A stretch of 64,000 nt of DNA from Geopsychrobacteraceae bacterium (GTDB taxonomy: Bacteria > Desulfobacterota > Desulfuromonadia > Desulfuromonadales > Geopsychrobacteraceae). Within the stretch, counting starts at the first letter, position 1. Each line of letters begins with the position of its first letter. Location: contig CAXXTB010000002.1 of assembly GCA_963676795.2 (NCBI GenBank), forward strand, positions 1,696,001 to 1,760,000. Reading direction: 5' to 3'. Below, piece by piece: positions 9,418-19,227 of this stretch. The position numbers and the translations under genes are program-made. The notes under the pieces are model-generated. The model saw only the letters and a program-made list of their open reading frames with translations. It was not told where the DNA came from and did not search any database.

Positions 9418-9707
9418 GGCTCCTTTGCAAGGTACGCCATAGCCTTTTTTAGGATTTCCTTCTCCAGCCGGGCTTCGGCCAGCTCTTTCCGCAACCGGGA
9501 GACCTCGGCCTCCAACTCAGATACGTTATGGCTGCCGTGGGCCTTTAGGCCGGTGGTGCCATGCTTCTTGATCCAGTTGCGCAGCGTCTGCTGCGATACG
9601 CTCAAACGCCGCCCAACTTCGGCAACCGTCAAGCCGCCATCGATGACTAGGCTGACGGCCTCCTCCTTGAATTCCAATGTGAAAAACTGCCTCGGTATGC
9701 GTTCCAA
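9399..9707 (-). CDS. IS3 transposase OrfA (HTH plus leucine zipper)
   Basis: FTLEFKEEAV...LRNWIK...EKEILKKA; A-AAA-AAG slippery site at 9450-9444 whose -1 frame runs into OrfB. Confidence 0.93.
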   Translation of the reverse strand: MERIPRQFFTLEFKEEAVSLVIDGGLTVAEVGRRLSVSQQTLRNWIKKHGTTGLKAHGSHNVSELEAEVSRLRKELAEARLEKEILKKAMAYLAKEPWGGTR

Positions 9708-10599
9708 TAGACACCTCCTTGAGCCTCGCAGGCTATCAGATTGGTGTCCACTTTTTCCAGCCTACCTCAAGTGAATTGGCCTGCAATCTCAATTTCAACA
9801 AAGCAACGATAAGCAGAATACTGACGACCCTGCGAAGAGAAAGCTATCTCAATCAGGATCCGCTGACCAAACAGTATCAACTGGGACCGATGATTTCTGT
9901 CTTAAGTCAGACAATCACCAAGAACCTCAATGATCAAACAGCAATCATAGCCCATACCTTCTGTGACAGGTTGCGCGACGAACTTTCTGAGACGGTCCAT
10001 TTTGAGACATTATCCGGAAACCACTTCTTTCTGGCTTATGCTTCACGCTGCAGAAATTCAATTTCCGTTTCCATTGCAACCGGCGAGAGGGTTTACCCGC
10101 AGATTCATGCCGGAGCCAAGTGCATAGCAGCTTATACACATCCGCGACTGGTCAATCATTGGTTCAAAGTTGCACCGTCCGCCAGATATGCTCACATTCG
10201 CTACAATCTCAGTGATCTTAAAAAAGAATATGACGAAATCATCTGTAACGGCTTCGCTATAGACGATGGTCATCATGACAAAAACCTGTTCTCTATCGCA
10301 GCTCCTGTCTTCGACAACAATGGCCGCGCTATTGCCAGTGTCGTAGTCGTTGCACCTTATATCAGAAAACACCGCCTCCAGAATCTGGCGACAGTACACA
10401 AAATAAAATCTGCAGCGAAACAGATATCAGAAAAGCTTCTCTGTCCGCATCCCTACGAAGAAATCTGCCACATGTATCAAAATGATCCTGAATCTCTACA
10501 GGCATAGTCCAACATCAGCCTAAAGAGAACATTTTCATTTCATTGAACATATATCAACAGTCGATCCAGACACTTTGCCATGATTGGGAGGAGGTAAAT

Positions 10600-11643
10600 A
10601 TGCGACCAAAGGTGCTCTTTTTCTTTATCACACTACTGTCTCTAACGTTTTCTACTAATTATGTTTCAGCAGCCCCTATCGAGCTAAGCTATGTTGCGCA
10701 CCATGTGGAATCTGATGTTCACTGCAAATTGATCAAAGAATGGATAAACAAAGTTGAAACGCTGACCAACAATGAAGTCAAGATTAGTTTTTATCCAGGG
10801 GAATCAAAAGTCAGTGGCCCACAGACATATAATGCTGTCCAGCATGGATATGTTGATATCGGGTTTTCTGTCATAGAATATACCCGCGGTCGCTTCCCGT
10901 TGATGGAGTTCATCGACCTGCCCTTAGGATTTGAAAATGGCCAAATCAACACGGCAATCATCAATGAAGTCTATGAAAAATTTTACCCAGAAGAATTCAA
11001 TAAAATCAAAGTCCTGTACCTTATGGCAACGGGGCCGCATTATCTGCACAGCATGATCAAACCAGACCAATTCGCCTTGGATCTGCATGACATGAAGGTT
11101 CATTACAGTGGTTATGCCGACCAGATAGTCACATCTCTGGGAGGAATCCCTGTGTCACTCCCCATGGGAAAACTCTATAACGCTTTGCTTGAAAATAATG
11201 TCGTCGCTGGTTACTGGGATTTTGCCGCCGGGCAGAACTGGAAGTTCGCTGAAATAGCCAAATACGATATCATCTGCCCACAGCTCGCACAATCGGCCGG
11301 CCTCTATGTCATCATGAACAAGAACAGCTGGAACAGACTCAGTCCGGACATTCAGAAGATATTCGACCAGCTCAGCACAGAATGGGCCATTCAGCATGGA
11401 CAGGCATGGGATTCAGCTGCGCTTCAAGGTCTCGCTTACAGCAAAACCCTCGGAAATACCCTTATCTCAGTTCCCGACAAGGAAATACCCTTCCTCACAA
11501 AAGCCCTGCAACCTGTCGTTCAGAATTACATAGACAGAACCTTATGCATGGGCCTGCCGGGTCAGGAGGTTGTCAATTACGTCAACAAACGTCTTGAGGA
11601 TTATCAAAAAGGTGTTTTCAAAAGCCGCTATATAAAAGAGTGA
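10600..11643 (+). CDS. TRAP transporter DctP-type solute-binding protein (no DctQM adjacent)
   Basis: GGAGG RBS, signal peptide, YTRGRFPLMEFIDLP, MNKNSWNRLSPDIQK. Confidence 0.85.
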   Translation: MRPKVLFFFITLLSLTFSTNYVSAAPIELSYVAHHVESDVHCKLIKEWINKVETLTNNEVKISFYPGESKVSGPQTYNAVQHGYVDIGFSVIEYTRGRFPLMEFIDLPLGFENGQINTAIINEVYEKFYPEEFNKIKVLYLMATGPHYLHSMIKPDQFALDLHDMKVHYSGYADQIVTSLGGIPVSLPMGKLYNALLENNVVAGYWDFAAGQNWKFAEIAKYDIICPQLAQSAGLYVIMNKNSWNRLSPDIQKIFDQLSTEWAIQHGQAWDSAALQGLAYSKTLGNTLISVPDKEIPFLTKALQPVVQNYIDRTLCMGLPGQEVVNYVNKRLEDYQKGVFKSRYIKE

Positions 11644-11827
11644 GAGTTGGTGCTCCTGCCACAGCAGATCGCTATCGTCAAACGACAAAAAAACAGAGGA
11701 TGATTAGAGACACACTGCTATCGATCTGAATGAAAAAAGGTTATCCGTCAGACAGGATCAGCCATAGAGCTGCCCTTATGCTCACCCTGACTCTTGAAAA
11801 GAATATCGATTTATCGAAAATTTAGAG

Positions 11828-11856
11828 TTGCATGAAGTCTTATATAAGACTAAAGT
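11828..11856 (+). promoter_or_regulatory. Sigma70-like promoter with perfect 16-bp palindromic operator AGTCTTATATAAGACT (11836-11851)
   Basis: TTGCAT-N17-TAAAGT with the palindrome lying in the spacer. Confidence 0.75.
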
Positions 11857-11974
11857 GCACGAGATAATACAGCAAGCCATCATAAATCGCCATGACAAGC
11901 TTGCTGCTGACGCTGCCACAGGTAAAAAAGCATGTAATCAAATATGCCTATTAAGTTTGAAGGGATAATTGAGT

Positions 11975-12763
11975 ATGAAGACGTTAGAAATTGAATGTAG
12001 CAAGCCAAACTCCCAGGTCTATCTGATCGGCTGCGGCCCGGGAGATCCGGATCTGCTGACACTGAAAGCCTACAAACTGATCAAGCAGGTCGATGTCGTT
12101 CTTTATGACCACCTGTTGACAGATGAAATCCTGGCCCTGATTCCGGATACGACCGAAAAGATCGCTGTCGGCAAACAGAAGGGCTGCCACAGCTACAAGC
12201 AGGAAGAGATCAACGAACTGCTCTATCAGAAAGCTCTTCAGGGACATTCGATCGGCAGGCTTAAATGCGGCGACCCCTACATCTTTGGTCGTGGCTCGGA
12301 AGAAGCGGAATATCTCATTCAAAGAGACATTCAGGTTGAGGTCATCAGTGGCATCAGCTCAGCAATCGCCGGACCGGCCTGTGCACATATCCCGGCAACA
12401 GCCAGGGGCTATGCGACCCACCTGTCCATTGTCTCAGCTCATTTGGCCGGCAACCACTTCAACAACGAATGGTTTCCTCTGCTCAAGATCCCCAATCACA
12501 CAACGGTTGTACTTATGGGCGTGAGCTTTGCGGAGCAAATCAGTGAAAAGGCCCTCGAGATCGGCATTGCCGAAACCCTGCCGGTCGCCATTATTTCCAA
12601 TGCATCCAGAGAGAATCAGCGGGTCATAATCACAGACCTCAAAAACCTGCCGAATGCGGCAGAAAATGCTGAACGACCTGCAATTCTCGTTTTTGGTGAT
12701 GTAGTTAATCTTCATCCGGTACTCTCGGTTTCTGGTCAGCATAGCTATAAAGCTGCCCAGTAA
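11975..12763 (+). CDS. cobA: Uroporphyrinogen-III C-methyltransferase (SUMT)
   Basis: VYLIGCGPGDPDLLTLKA, VGKQKG, RLKCGDPYIFGRGSEE, GISSA. Confidence 0.95.
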   Translation: MKTLEIECSKPNSQVYLIGCGPGDPDLLTLKAYKLIKQVDVVLYDHLLTDEILALIPDTTEKIAVGKQKGCHSYKQEEINELLYQKALQGHSIGRLKCGDPYIFGRGSEEAEYLIQRDIQVEVISGISSAIAGPACAHIPATARGYATHLSIVSAHLAGNHFNNEWFPLLKIPNHTTVVLMGVSFAEQISEKALEIGIAETLPVAIISNASRENQRVIITDLKNLPNAAENAERPAILVFGDVVNLHPVLSVSGQHSYKAAQ

Positions 12764-12797
12764 TGTTTCCATAAATGAAACAAAAACATCTTCACTG

Positions 12798-12826
12798 TTG
12801 CAAAAAGTCCTATACAGGTCTACAGT
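12798..12826 (+). promoter_or_regulatory. Promoter with operator copy AGTCCTATACAGGTCT (12806-12821)
   Basis: TTGCAA-N17-TACAGT; 12/16 match to the palindrome, in the same register as at cobA. Confidence 0.6.
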
Positions 12827-12887
12827 AAGCACACTAACTACCCTGTTCACATTTCAATCCATTAGTGAATTTTGGGGAAGGCTAGAG

Positions 12888-13580
12888 ATGGTCAACAAGA
12901 AAACGACAAAAATAATAACCTGCAAGGCTCTCGAAAACCTCTACAAAGCACATGCAAGCGCTGAAACTGAGATAGAAGCCTATGACATAAGCCTGCATGT
13001 CAAACCCGATCGTCTACGGATAGAGCTACAGCGGGCGATAGACAAAGCAGATGGCAGATACGACGATATCTATCTAGGCTACGCCATATGCGCCCAGACC
13101 GTGGTTGGCCTCAAGGCAAAGCAGTCACGCATCATCCTCTTCACAACAGATGACTGCATTGGCATTTTCATGGGCGATCGGGACAAACAGCGCCAATATG
13201 CCACCTGTCACCCGGGCAGCTACTTTCTCTCCAAGGGATTCATCGGGGATGGCAACGGCACTATTTTCGATGAATATGCCGAAATGGTCGTTAAATATGG
13301 CCAGCAACGTGCGGATCGCCTCATGAAAAAAATGCTCGCTCACTACAATAGGCTTGTCTATATAGCCCTGCCCGATGATGACAATGTCGAATCAGACCGG
13401 AGCTACGCAAAAGCCAAGGCTGACCAGTTCAATCTTGAATATCTTGAAATCGAAGGGACCGACCAATTAGTCCGAATGATGTTGGCCGGTAACTTTGATG
13501 CAAATATTGCCGTTTTTGACCCGGGAGAAGCTGTCTCCTTTGAGCGTATGATGAAAATACAAACTGATGGTGCTGTGTAA
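12888..13580 (+). CDS. DUF1638-like protein
   Basis: IITC, SLHVKPDRL, LGYAIC, DDCIGIFMG, PGSYFL; family typical of corrinoid methyltransferase clusters. Confidence 0.8.
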   Translation: MVNKKTTKIITCKALENLYKAHASAETEIEAYDISLHVKPDRLRIELQRAIDKADGRYDDIYLGYAICAQTVVGLKAKQSRIILFTTDDCIGIFMGDRDKQRQYATCHPGSYFLSKGFIGDGNGTIFDEYAEMVVKYGQQRADRLMKKMLAHYNRLVYIALPDDDNVESDRSYAKAKADQFNLEYLEIEGTDQLVRMMLAGNFDANIAVFDPGEAVSFERMMKIQTDGAV

Positions 13581-13601
13581 ATACAGCTGCAGGTTTATGA
13601 A

Positions 13602-13673
13602 TTTATGGTCCTAAAAATCGCCCTTTCCTCAAGGTCATGATTTACAAAATCTAGCGGTTTTTAGGACCATAAA
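13602..13673. repeat. Long inverted repeat (20-bp arms, 19/20 match, 32-nt spacer)
   Basis: TTTATGGTCCTAAAAATCGC ... GCGGTTTTTAGGACCATAAA. Confidence 0.75.
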
Positions 13674-13801
13674 GAACTTTTGCACATAATACCGGGGCGA
13701 GGACAACAGTGAGAAGCGCGCTGCAACGCAACTCTTTACCCCAAGACAAAATCAATGTCTGCCACAATATCCATATGTTATTAATTCAAGGCAAACGAGA
13801 A

Positions 13802-14644
13802 ATGACAACCAACATGAATGGCCCCCAACAAGGCCAGGACAAATACAACGCCATAGAAAAAACGCTCCTTGTCCTGTCCCATTTTGCCAAGAGCAACAGT
13901 CCAATCAGGAACAACGATCTGGCAAAAGCCCTCAACATCAACAAGGCAACGACCAGCAGGATCGTGAAGACGCTTCAGAAAGAAGGTTACCTAGATCAGG
14001 ACCCTCTCACCAAGGAGTACTGTCTGGGACCAATGATTTCAAGCCTGAGCAAATCAATTACCAAAAGCCTGGATAATCAGACATCAATAATCGCCCAACC
14101 TTATTGCGACTCCCTGCGCGATGCGGTCTCCGAGACAGTTCATTTCGAGATCCTGTCGGGAAACAATATCTACCTGGCCTATACCGCACGCTGCAGAAAT
14201 CCTATTTCGGTAGCCATTGACCCCGGTGATCGCGTCTATCCTCAGGTCCATTCGGGAGCAAAATGCATTGCGGCCTACACCCATCCACGCCTTGTCGACT
14301 ACTGGCTACAGAATCCACCACCGGAAATATTTCACAATACTGCTATCGATTCCGAAGTCCTGATGAAAGAATACGCCGAGATCAATGAGAATGGCTATGC
14401 CATAGATGACGGCAATCATAATCTGAATATTTTTTCAATTGCCGCACCTGTCTTTGACAACTCAGGTCGTGCAATAGCGAGCGTTGTCATTGTCGTTCCA
14501 AGCCTGAGAAAAAAACAGATCAGGAACGATGTAAACATTGAGCTGATAAAACTTACGGCAAAAAGGATATCCGAAAAACTGCTCTGCCCAATGCCCTACG
14601 ATGCGCTTTGTGAAACCTACAAAAAAGACAAGTTAGCCAGTTAA
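13802..14644 (+). CDS. IclR-family transcriptional regulator (intact paralog)
   Basis: N-terminal HTH (DLAKALNINKATTSRIV), SETVHF, SIAAPVFD; start approximate. Confidence 0.9.
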   Translation: MTTNMNGPQQGQDKYNAIEKTLLVLSHFAKSNSPIRNNDLAKALNINKATTSRIVKTLQKEGYLDQDPLTKEYCLGPMISSLSKSITKSLDNQTSIIAQPYCDSLRDAVSETVHFEILSGNNIYLAYTARCRNPISVAIDPGDRVYPQVHSGAKCIAAYTHPRLVDYWLQNPPPEIFHNTAIDSEVLMKEYAEINENGYAIDDGNHNLNIFSIAAPVFDNSGRAIASVVIVVPSLRKKQIRNDVNIELIKLTAKRISEKLLCPMPYDALCETYKKDKLAS

Positions 14645-14688
14645 TTTGATATTTCAAACCAAACCGTTCAAGAAGACCAGGAGGCCGT

Positions 14689-15003
14689 ATGACAAAAGCA
14701 GAAATCAACCCAGGCATTTGCGGTTTCAACGCAGAAGTTTCCGCTGTTATGGAAGGACGCATGTGCTCGATTGAGATCAAATGTGACTGTGAAGCGATAC
14801 AGCAACTTGCCGCCGAACTCTCCCCTGTCAAGCCGGTCAATGAGATTTCATTCAAAAGAAACACACCGCAGATTATCGAACTCGGTATGAAGTACTGTTT
14901 TCACGCGGCCTGCCCAGTTCCTGCCGGTATCATCAAAGCCCTGGAAGTAGAAGCGGGACTCGCCCTTCCGGCCGATGTCTCTATCGCCCTGACCAAAGGA
15001 TAG
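14689..15003 (+). CDS. Small Cys-rich conserved hypothetical protein (DUF6951-like)
   Basis: GGAGG RBS; PGICGF, CDC and CFHAACPVPAGIIKALEVEAGLALP motifs. Confidence 0.7.
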   Translation: MTKAEINPGICGFNAEVSAVMEGRMCSIEIKCDCEAIQQLAAELSPVKPVNEISFKRNTPQIIELGMKYCFHAACPVPAGIIKALEVEAGLALPADVSIALTKG

Positions 15004-15545
15004 ACCAAACGAGCCCTGACACGGCCATTAAGCCAGATATGCTCCTTGACATTTCAGCTGTACGCAATCAGCAGGACCTCCAGACTGCGGAGACGGTCAA
15101 TTTCGGATTTGGTATCCCCTCTTCCGCTCACTGACTCCGCAGCGAATTGTGCAATAACCTCGCCCCGACATTCACCTCAAAAATTCTCTCCCGCACTATT
15201 CGCACAAGCCAGAAACAGACAAAGTCATCTATAAGAATAAGATCATTCAAGAGATTAAGTACGCAAGACTGAAGGCGACCCCATCCCCTACAGACAGCAC
15301 AATCCTGACGATTAAGCTGACACTTGACGATCAGGCACACGGAAAGAAATCTTTGCGAGGCAAAAGTTTAAAAAATCCTAGAACGTTGTTTTTTATAAGA
15401 TTTATGAGATAAATTGCCGTTACAGAAATTGCAACACAATTCAATATAGTAAAACTAGATGAAGATTTCCCTGCCTCCTTATCGTACAGAACTAACCAGA
15501 CGACAAAAACAAGGAAAAAATCACTTGTTTACCAAACTTTTCTTT

Positions 15546-15561
15546 ACTCCTCTATATGACT
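15546..15561. promoter_or_regulatory. Operator copy ACTCCTCTATATGACT upstream of module 1 (further copies at 15223-15238 and 15387-15402)
   Basis: 12/16, 13/16 and 12/16 matches to AGTCTTATATAAGACT. Confidence 0.55.
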
Positions 15562-15648
15562 ATAGTATATAGGCTAACTAATAGATTGACGTCAGATCTA
15601 CTGTCGGATCAGCAACGCAAAACCAATACAAAAGTTAGGAGCAATGAC

Positions 15649-16281
15649 ATGCAGGAACTAATCAATGCAATGGTTGAGATGGAAGAAGAGACATTCCTCA
15701 GTTTGACCAAGGAACTGCTGGAAAAAGGAGAAGATCCAAACGCTATCTTCCGCGCCTACCAGGACGGCATGGCCGAGATCGGCAGACGCTTTGAGCAAAA
15801 TGAATTCTTTATCCCTGAACTGATCATGGCTGGCGAAATGATGAACGATGGCGCTGAATTGATCAAACCTTATCTTGGCGAAGAAGAACAAGCCAAAAAA
15901 TCGACTCTCGGCACCATGGTTCTGGCCACTATCGAAGGCGATATTCACGACATCGGCAAAAACATCTACGGCATGATGATGGAACTGAGTGGCTTTGAAG
16001 TCATCGATCTGGGCGTTGACGTCCCAGTAGATACCATCATTGCCAAGGTCGAAGAACTCAAACCGGACCTGGTTGGCATGAGCGGTTTACTGACCCTCGC
16101 TTTCGATCCGATGAAAGCCGTTGTCGACAAGCTCACGGAAAAAGGGCTGCGTGACTCCGTCAAAGTCATGGTCGGTGGAGGACAATTCGATCAGACCGTT
16201 TGCGATTTCGTCGGGGCCGACGGATTCTCGACTGATGCCGTTGTCGGTGTCAACATCTGTAAAAACTGGATGGCAGCTTAA
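15649..16281 (+). CDS. Corrinoid protein, module 1
   Basis: GDIHDIGK, SGLLT, GGG; AGGAG RBS. Confidence 0.93.
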   Translation: MQELINAMVEMEEETFLSLTKELLEKGEDPNAIFRAYQDGMAEIGRRFEQNEFFIPELIMAGEMMNDGAELIKPYLGEEEQAKKSTLGTMVLATIEGDIHDIGKNIYGMMMELSGFEVIDLGVDVPVDTIIAKVEELKPDLVGMSGLLTLAFDPMKAVVDKLTEKGLRDSVKVMVGGGQFDQTVCDFVGADGFSTDAVVGVNICKNWMAA

Positions 16282-16325
16282 TAAGCTGAGAAAACCAGGG
16301 TTCAAGCACTAAGATGGAGGTTATA

Positions 16326-17633
16326 GTGGAAGACAAGCAGACAAGATTCCTTGAAGAATGGGCATCGGGCGAAGGTATCGAATTCGAAAACGATGCCGCA
16401 AAAGACGCCTATCTGTACCGCACCAGTTTGTTCAAAGATGCAATTCAGCTGCAAAAGGCTCCCGACCGGGTACCTATATACCCGATAGTTACCTTTGCAC
16501 CAATGTATGTCATGAACGTCAAGCATAAAGATGCGATGTATGATGCGGATGTTCTCGGTAAAGTCTACTACGATTTCACCGCCGAATACGATGTAGATGC
16601 TGCCAATACCCCTGTTCTCTGTAATCACGGACCAACCCTCGAAGCCATCGATTACGACATGTACAAGTGGGCCGGACATGGCCTGCCGGACAACACCGCC
16701 TATCAGTTCGTTGAAAAAGAGTATATGAAAGTCGAGGAATACGACCATCTGATCCAGGATCCGACCGACTTCATGATCCGGGTTTATATGGGCCGCATTG
16801 CCAAAGCCCTCAAGCCACTTGGCAATGTCAGTGACTTCTTCGGACTGCAGGAAATCACCCTGGCCAACGGCCTGTTCATTTCACTGGGTGCACCTGATGT
16901 CCAGGAAGCTCTCCATGCTCTGATGAAAGCTGGCAAGTCACACTTCGACTGGATCAACAAGCTCGCCCCTTACCTGAACAAGATCACCGGTACCGGTTAT
17001 CCTTTTGGTTCTGGCGGCGCAACCAAGGTCCCGTTTGACTTCCTTGGCGACACCCTGAGAGGCACAACCCAGCTGATGATGGACATGTATCGTCGGCCGG
17101 AAAAGGTCCTCGAAGCCTGTGAACGCCTTGTTCCACACATGGTCAGAATGGGTGCCAGCGCTGCACACGCCAACAAAAATCCGTTGATCTTCATCCCACT
17201 GCACAAGGGTGCCGATGGTTTCATGTCAGACGCACAATTCCAGAAATTCTACTGGCCGAACCTTAAGGCCCTGATGAATGGTCTTATCGCAGAAGGCTGC
17301 GTGCCGGTCTGCTTCGTTGAAGGTGCCTACAATGACAGGCTCGAATACCTGACCGACATTCCAAAAGGCAAGAGCGTCTTCTACTTCGACAAAACCGATA
17401 TGGCCAAAGCCAGAAAAACCCTCGACGGCATCGCCTGCATCGGTGGTGGCTTCCCGGTATCCCAGATTCTGACCGGCAACGCCCAATCGGTTGCTGACGG
17501 CACCAAGAAATTGCTCGATGACGCTGCCGGCGATGGCGGCTACATCCTTGGCATCGGCTGCTCCATGGACGAAGCTAAAGATGAAACCCTGAAATCTTTT
17601 ATAAAGACAGGTAAAGAGTACGGAAAATATTAA
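16326..17633 (+). CDS. UroD-fold corrinoid methyltransferase (MT1-like), module 1
   Basis: PDRVP, YQFVEKEYM, FIPLHKGADGFMS, KFYWP, GIGCS; GTG start after GGAGG. Confidence 0.85.
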   Translation: MEDKQTRFLEEWASGEGIEFENDAAKDAYLYRTSLFKDAIQLQKAPDRVPIYPIVTFAPMYVMNVKHKDAMYDADVLGKVYYDFTAEYDVDAANTPVLCNHGPTLEAIDYDMYKWAGHGLPDNTAYQFVEKEYMKVEEYDHLIQDPTDFMIRVYMGRIAKALKPLGNVSDFFGLQEITLANGLFISLGAPDVQEALHALMKAGKSHFDWINKLAPYLNKITGTGYPFGSGGATKVPFDFLGDTLRGTTQLMMDMYRRPEKVLEACERLVPHMVRMGASAAHANKNPLIFIPLHKGADGFMSDAQFQKFYWPNLKALMNGLIAEGCVPVCFVEGAYNDRLEYLTDIPKGKSVFYFDKTDMAKARKTLDGIACIGGGFPVSQILTGNAQSVADGTKKLLDDAAGDGGYILGIGCSMDEAKDETLKSFIKTGKEYGKY

Positions 17634-17661
17634 TTTAAAGAACTATTTGTCTTTGAAGAAC

Positions 17662-17688
17662 CAGCCTTTTGATCATTTCAAAAGGCTG
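17662..17688 (+). terminator. Hairpin after module 1
   Basis: CAGCCTTTTGA-TCATT-TCAAAAGGCTG. Confidence 0.5.
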
Positions 17689-17748
17689 TGTTCTGCATAT
17701 ATTTGTGGGGATGTTCAGAATGAACGTAACTTTTAAAAGGAGACAAAA

Positions 17749-19089
17749 ATGAGGGAAAACCAAGGAACACCGCAGAAATCGGAAGAAAAGATTGGCGTAA
17801 AGCGATCATTCTTCTACGGCTTTCAATCAATTCTCGCCTGCAACTTATTTTTAGGACCAATTGTTATCATCGGCGTAATGCAGATGAATGTTTCCGCAGC
17901 TGCCGCACTTATTGCGTACACCTTCCTGGCTTGCGGAATTGCGACTCTTATTCAATCTGGATTTTTTCTTAAATACCAGGTTATTCAGGGAATGTCTTTT
18001 GCGACACTTGGTGCTGTCATTGCAATTGCAATGAAACAAGACTTCGCAACAGTTTTTGGTGCCTTAATGATTGCCTCGGTTTTACTGATCGTAATCGGCT
18101 ACCTTAAAATCTTTAGTAAAATAGTAAAAGCGCTGATTCCCGGGCTTGTTGCAGGGACTGTTATTGTTGTCATTGGTGTTGCCTTGATGCCGATAACTGT
18201 CAATTCTCTTCTTCGTATCCCCGGAAGCCCATCTATCAATTTTCTTGAAGCAGGTGTAACATTCGTGTCCATGCTTGTTCTGATGAGACTCGGGAGCATT
18301 CGTAACAAGATCGGCAGAATCCTCTCTCTTGGTTCCGTTATTTACGCAATCGTCATCGGAACTGTAGTTGCTGCCCTCTTTGGTCACGTGGACCTGAGCC
18401 CAGTCAGTAGCGCCCCCTGGTTAGCAGTTCCCAAGATCCTTCCTTTCGGCGCACCAAAGTTTGACCTTAGTGCCATTGTTGTCATGACTATAATTTTGAT
18501 CATTGTCATGGTTGAGTCAGTTGGTACCTGGTTCACTATTTCTGAAATGTCTGGTGACGATCTTGACCAGAAAAGAATTGACCAGGGTGTTATCGGAGAA
18601 GGCCTTGGCTGCCTGATCGGAACATTTCTCGGCGGATTACCAGTCACCAGCTATGCATCAAACACTGGTGTCTTGGCAGTTACAAAGGTGTTCAGTAGAT
18701 ATGCAGCTCTTGCAGCAGGTGTTATCGCCATAGTCATGGCCATTTGCCCGAAGCTTATGTTCCTCATTGCTGTAATTCCCGGTTCCGTCATCTGGGGAAT
18801 TTACGGAGTCATCGCAATTGCAATCATGATGAGCGGCTTAGCCTGCGTTAAGCAGTATCCGTTCACAGAACGCAATAATCTGGTATTCGGCATTTCGATC
18901 TTGACGACTATTGGTGCAAGCCTTCTGCCAATGCCACTTATTCAAAGCATGCCACCATTGCTCAGCTATCTGCTTGGCAATGCAATCTGTGTTGGTGCTT
19001 TGACAGCGATCATAGTCAACAAGATCATCCCAGAGAAAAAGAGTGATTGCGCGCCAGATCAAACCGAATCGCAAGCTAATGCCGCGTAA
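17749..19089 (+). CDS. NCS2/NAT-family (xanthine/uracil-type) permease
   Basis: GIATLIQ, QGMSFA, VAGTVIVVIG, ESVG and NAT-like signature SNTGVLAVTKVFSR. Confidence 0.9.
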   Translation: MRENQGTPQKSEEKIGVKRSFFYGFQSILACNLFLGPIVIIGVMQMNVSAAAALIAYTFLACGIATLIQSGFFLKYQVIQGMSFATLGAVIAIAMKQDFATVFGALMIASVLLIVIGYLKIFSKIVKALIPGLVAGTVIVVIGVALMPITVNSLLRIPGSPSINFLEAGVTFVSMLVLMRLGSIRNKIGRILSLGSVIYAIVIGTVVAALFGHVDLSPVSSAPWLAVPKILPFGAPKFDLSAIVVMTIILIIVMVESVGTWFTISEMSGDDLDQKRIDQGVIGEGLGCLIGTFLGGLPVTSYASNTGVLAVTKVFSRYAALAAGVIAIVMAICPKLMFLIAVIPGSVIWGIYGVIAIAIMMSGLACVKQYPFTERNNLVFGISILTTIGASLLPMPLIQSMPPLLSYLLGNAICVGALTAIIVNKIIPEKKSDCAPDQTESQANAA

Positions 19090-19190
19090 ATCAGATCAAA
19101 AGCATCACTGCCCCTTGGCATTTACCAGGGCTATATCTCAGGTGAAAAGATCTGGTTCCAATTCGAAATGACATTCTAAAAGCACAAGAC

Positions 19191-19227
19191 TCCTTCACAC
19201 TGATGCCCGGATCATCAGTGTGAAGGA
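19191..19227 (+). terminator. Hairpin, probable terminator after the NCS2 gene
   Basis: TCCTTCACACTGATG...CATCAGTGTGAAGGA (15-bp stem). Confidence 0.6.

Larger units (their letters stand above)
8494..9769 (-). mobile_element. IS3-family insertion sequence, 1276 bp
   Basis: TG...CA ends; 27-bp imperfect terminal inverted repeats (21/27 identical); 3-bp target duplication AGT at 8491-8493 and 9770-9772; orfA and orfB. Confidence 0.96.
8383..10507 (+). pseudogene. IclR-family regulator interrupted by an IS3-family element (fragments 8383-8493 and 9773-10507)
   Basis: Removing the IS and one AGT copy restores MPLKEISESGQEKFNAIEKVLAILSYFAKNNKPIGTS|ELACNLNFNKATISRIL...SIAAPVFD, colinear with the intact paralog at 13802. 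Confidence 0.92.

Noticed and set aside
9719..10507. 262-aa ORF as an intact IclR gene
   Set aside because: Its first 17 codons lie inside the IS end; the true N-terminus is at 8383-8493.
15004..15545. Long intergenic region as a riboswitch or small-ORF locus
   Set aside because: No recognisable aptamer (cobalamin, c-di-GMP, SAM) and the short ORFs lack RBS or motifs; only operator-like sites are supportable.
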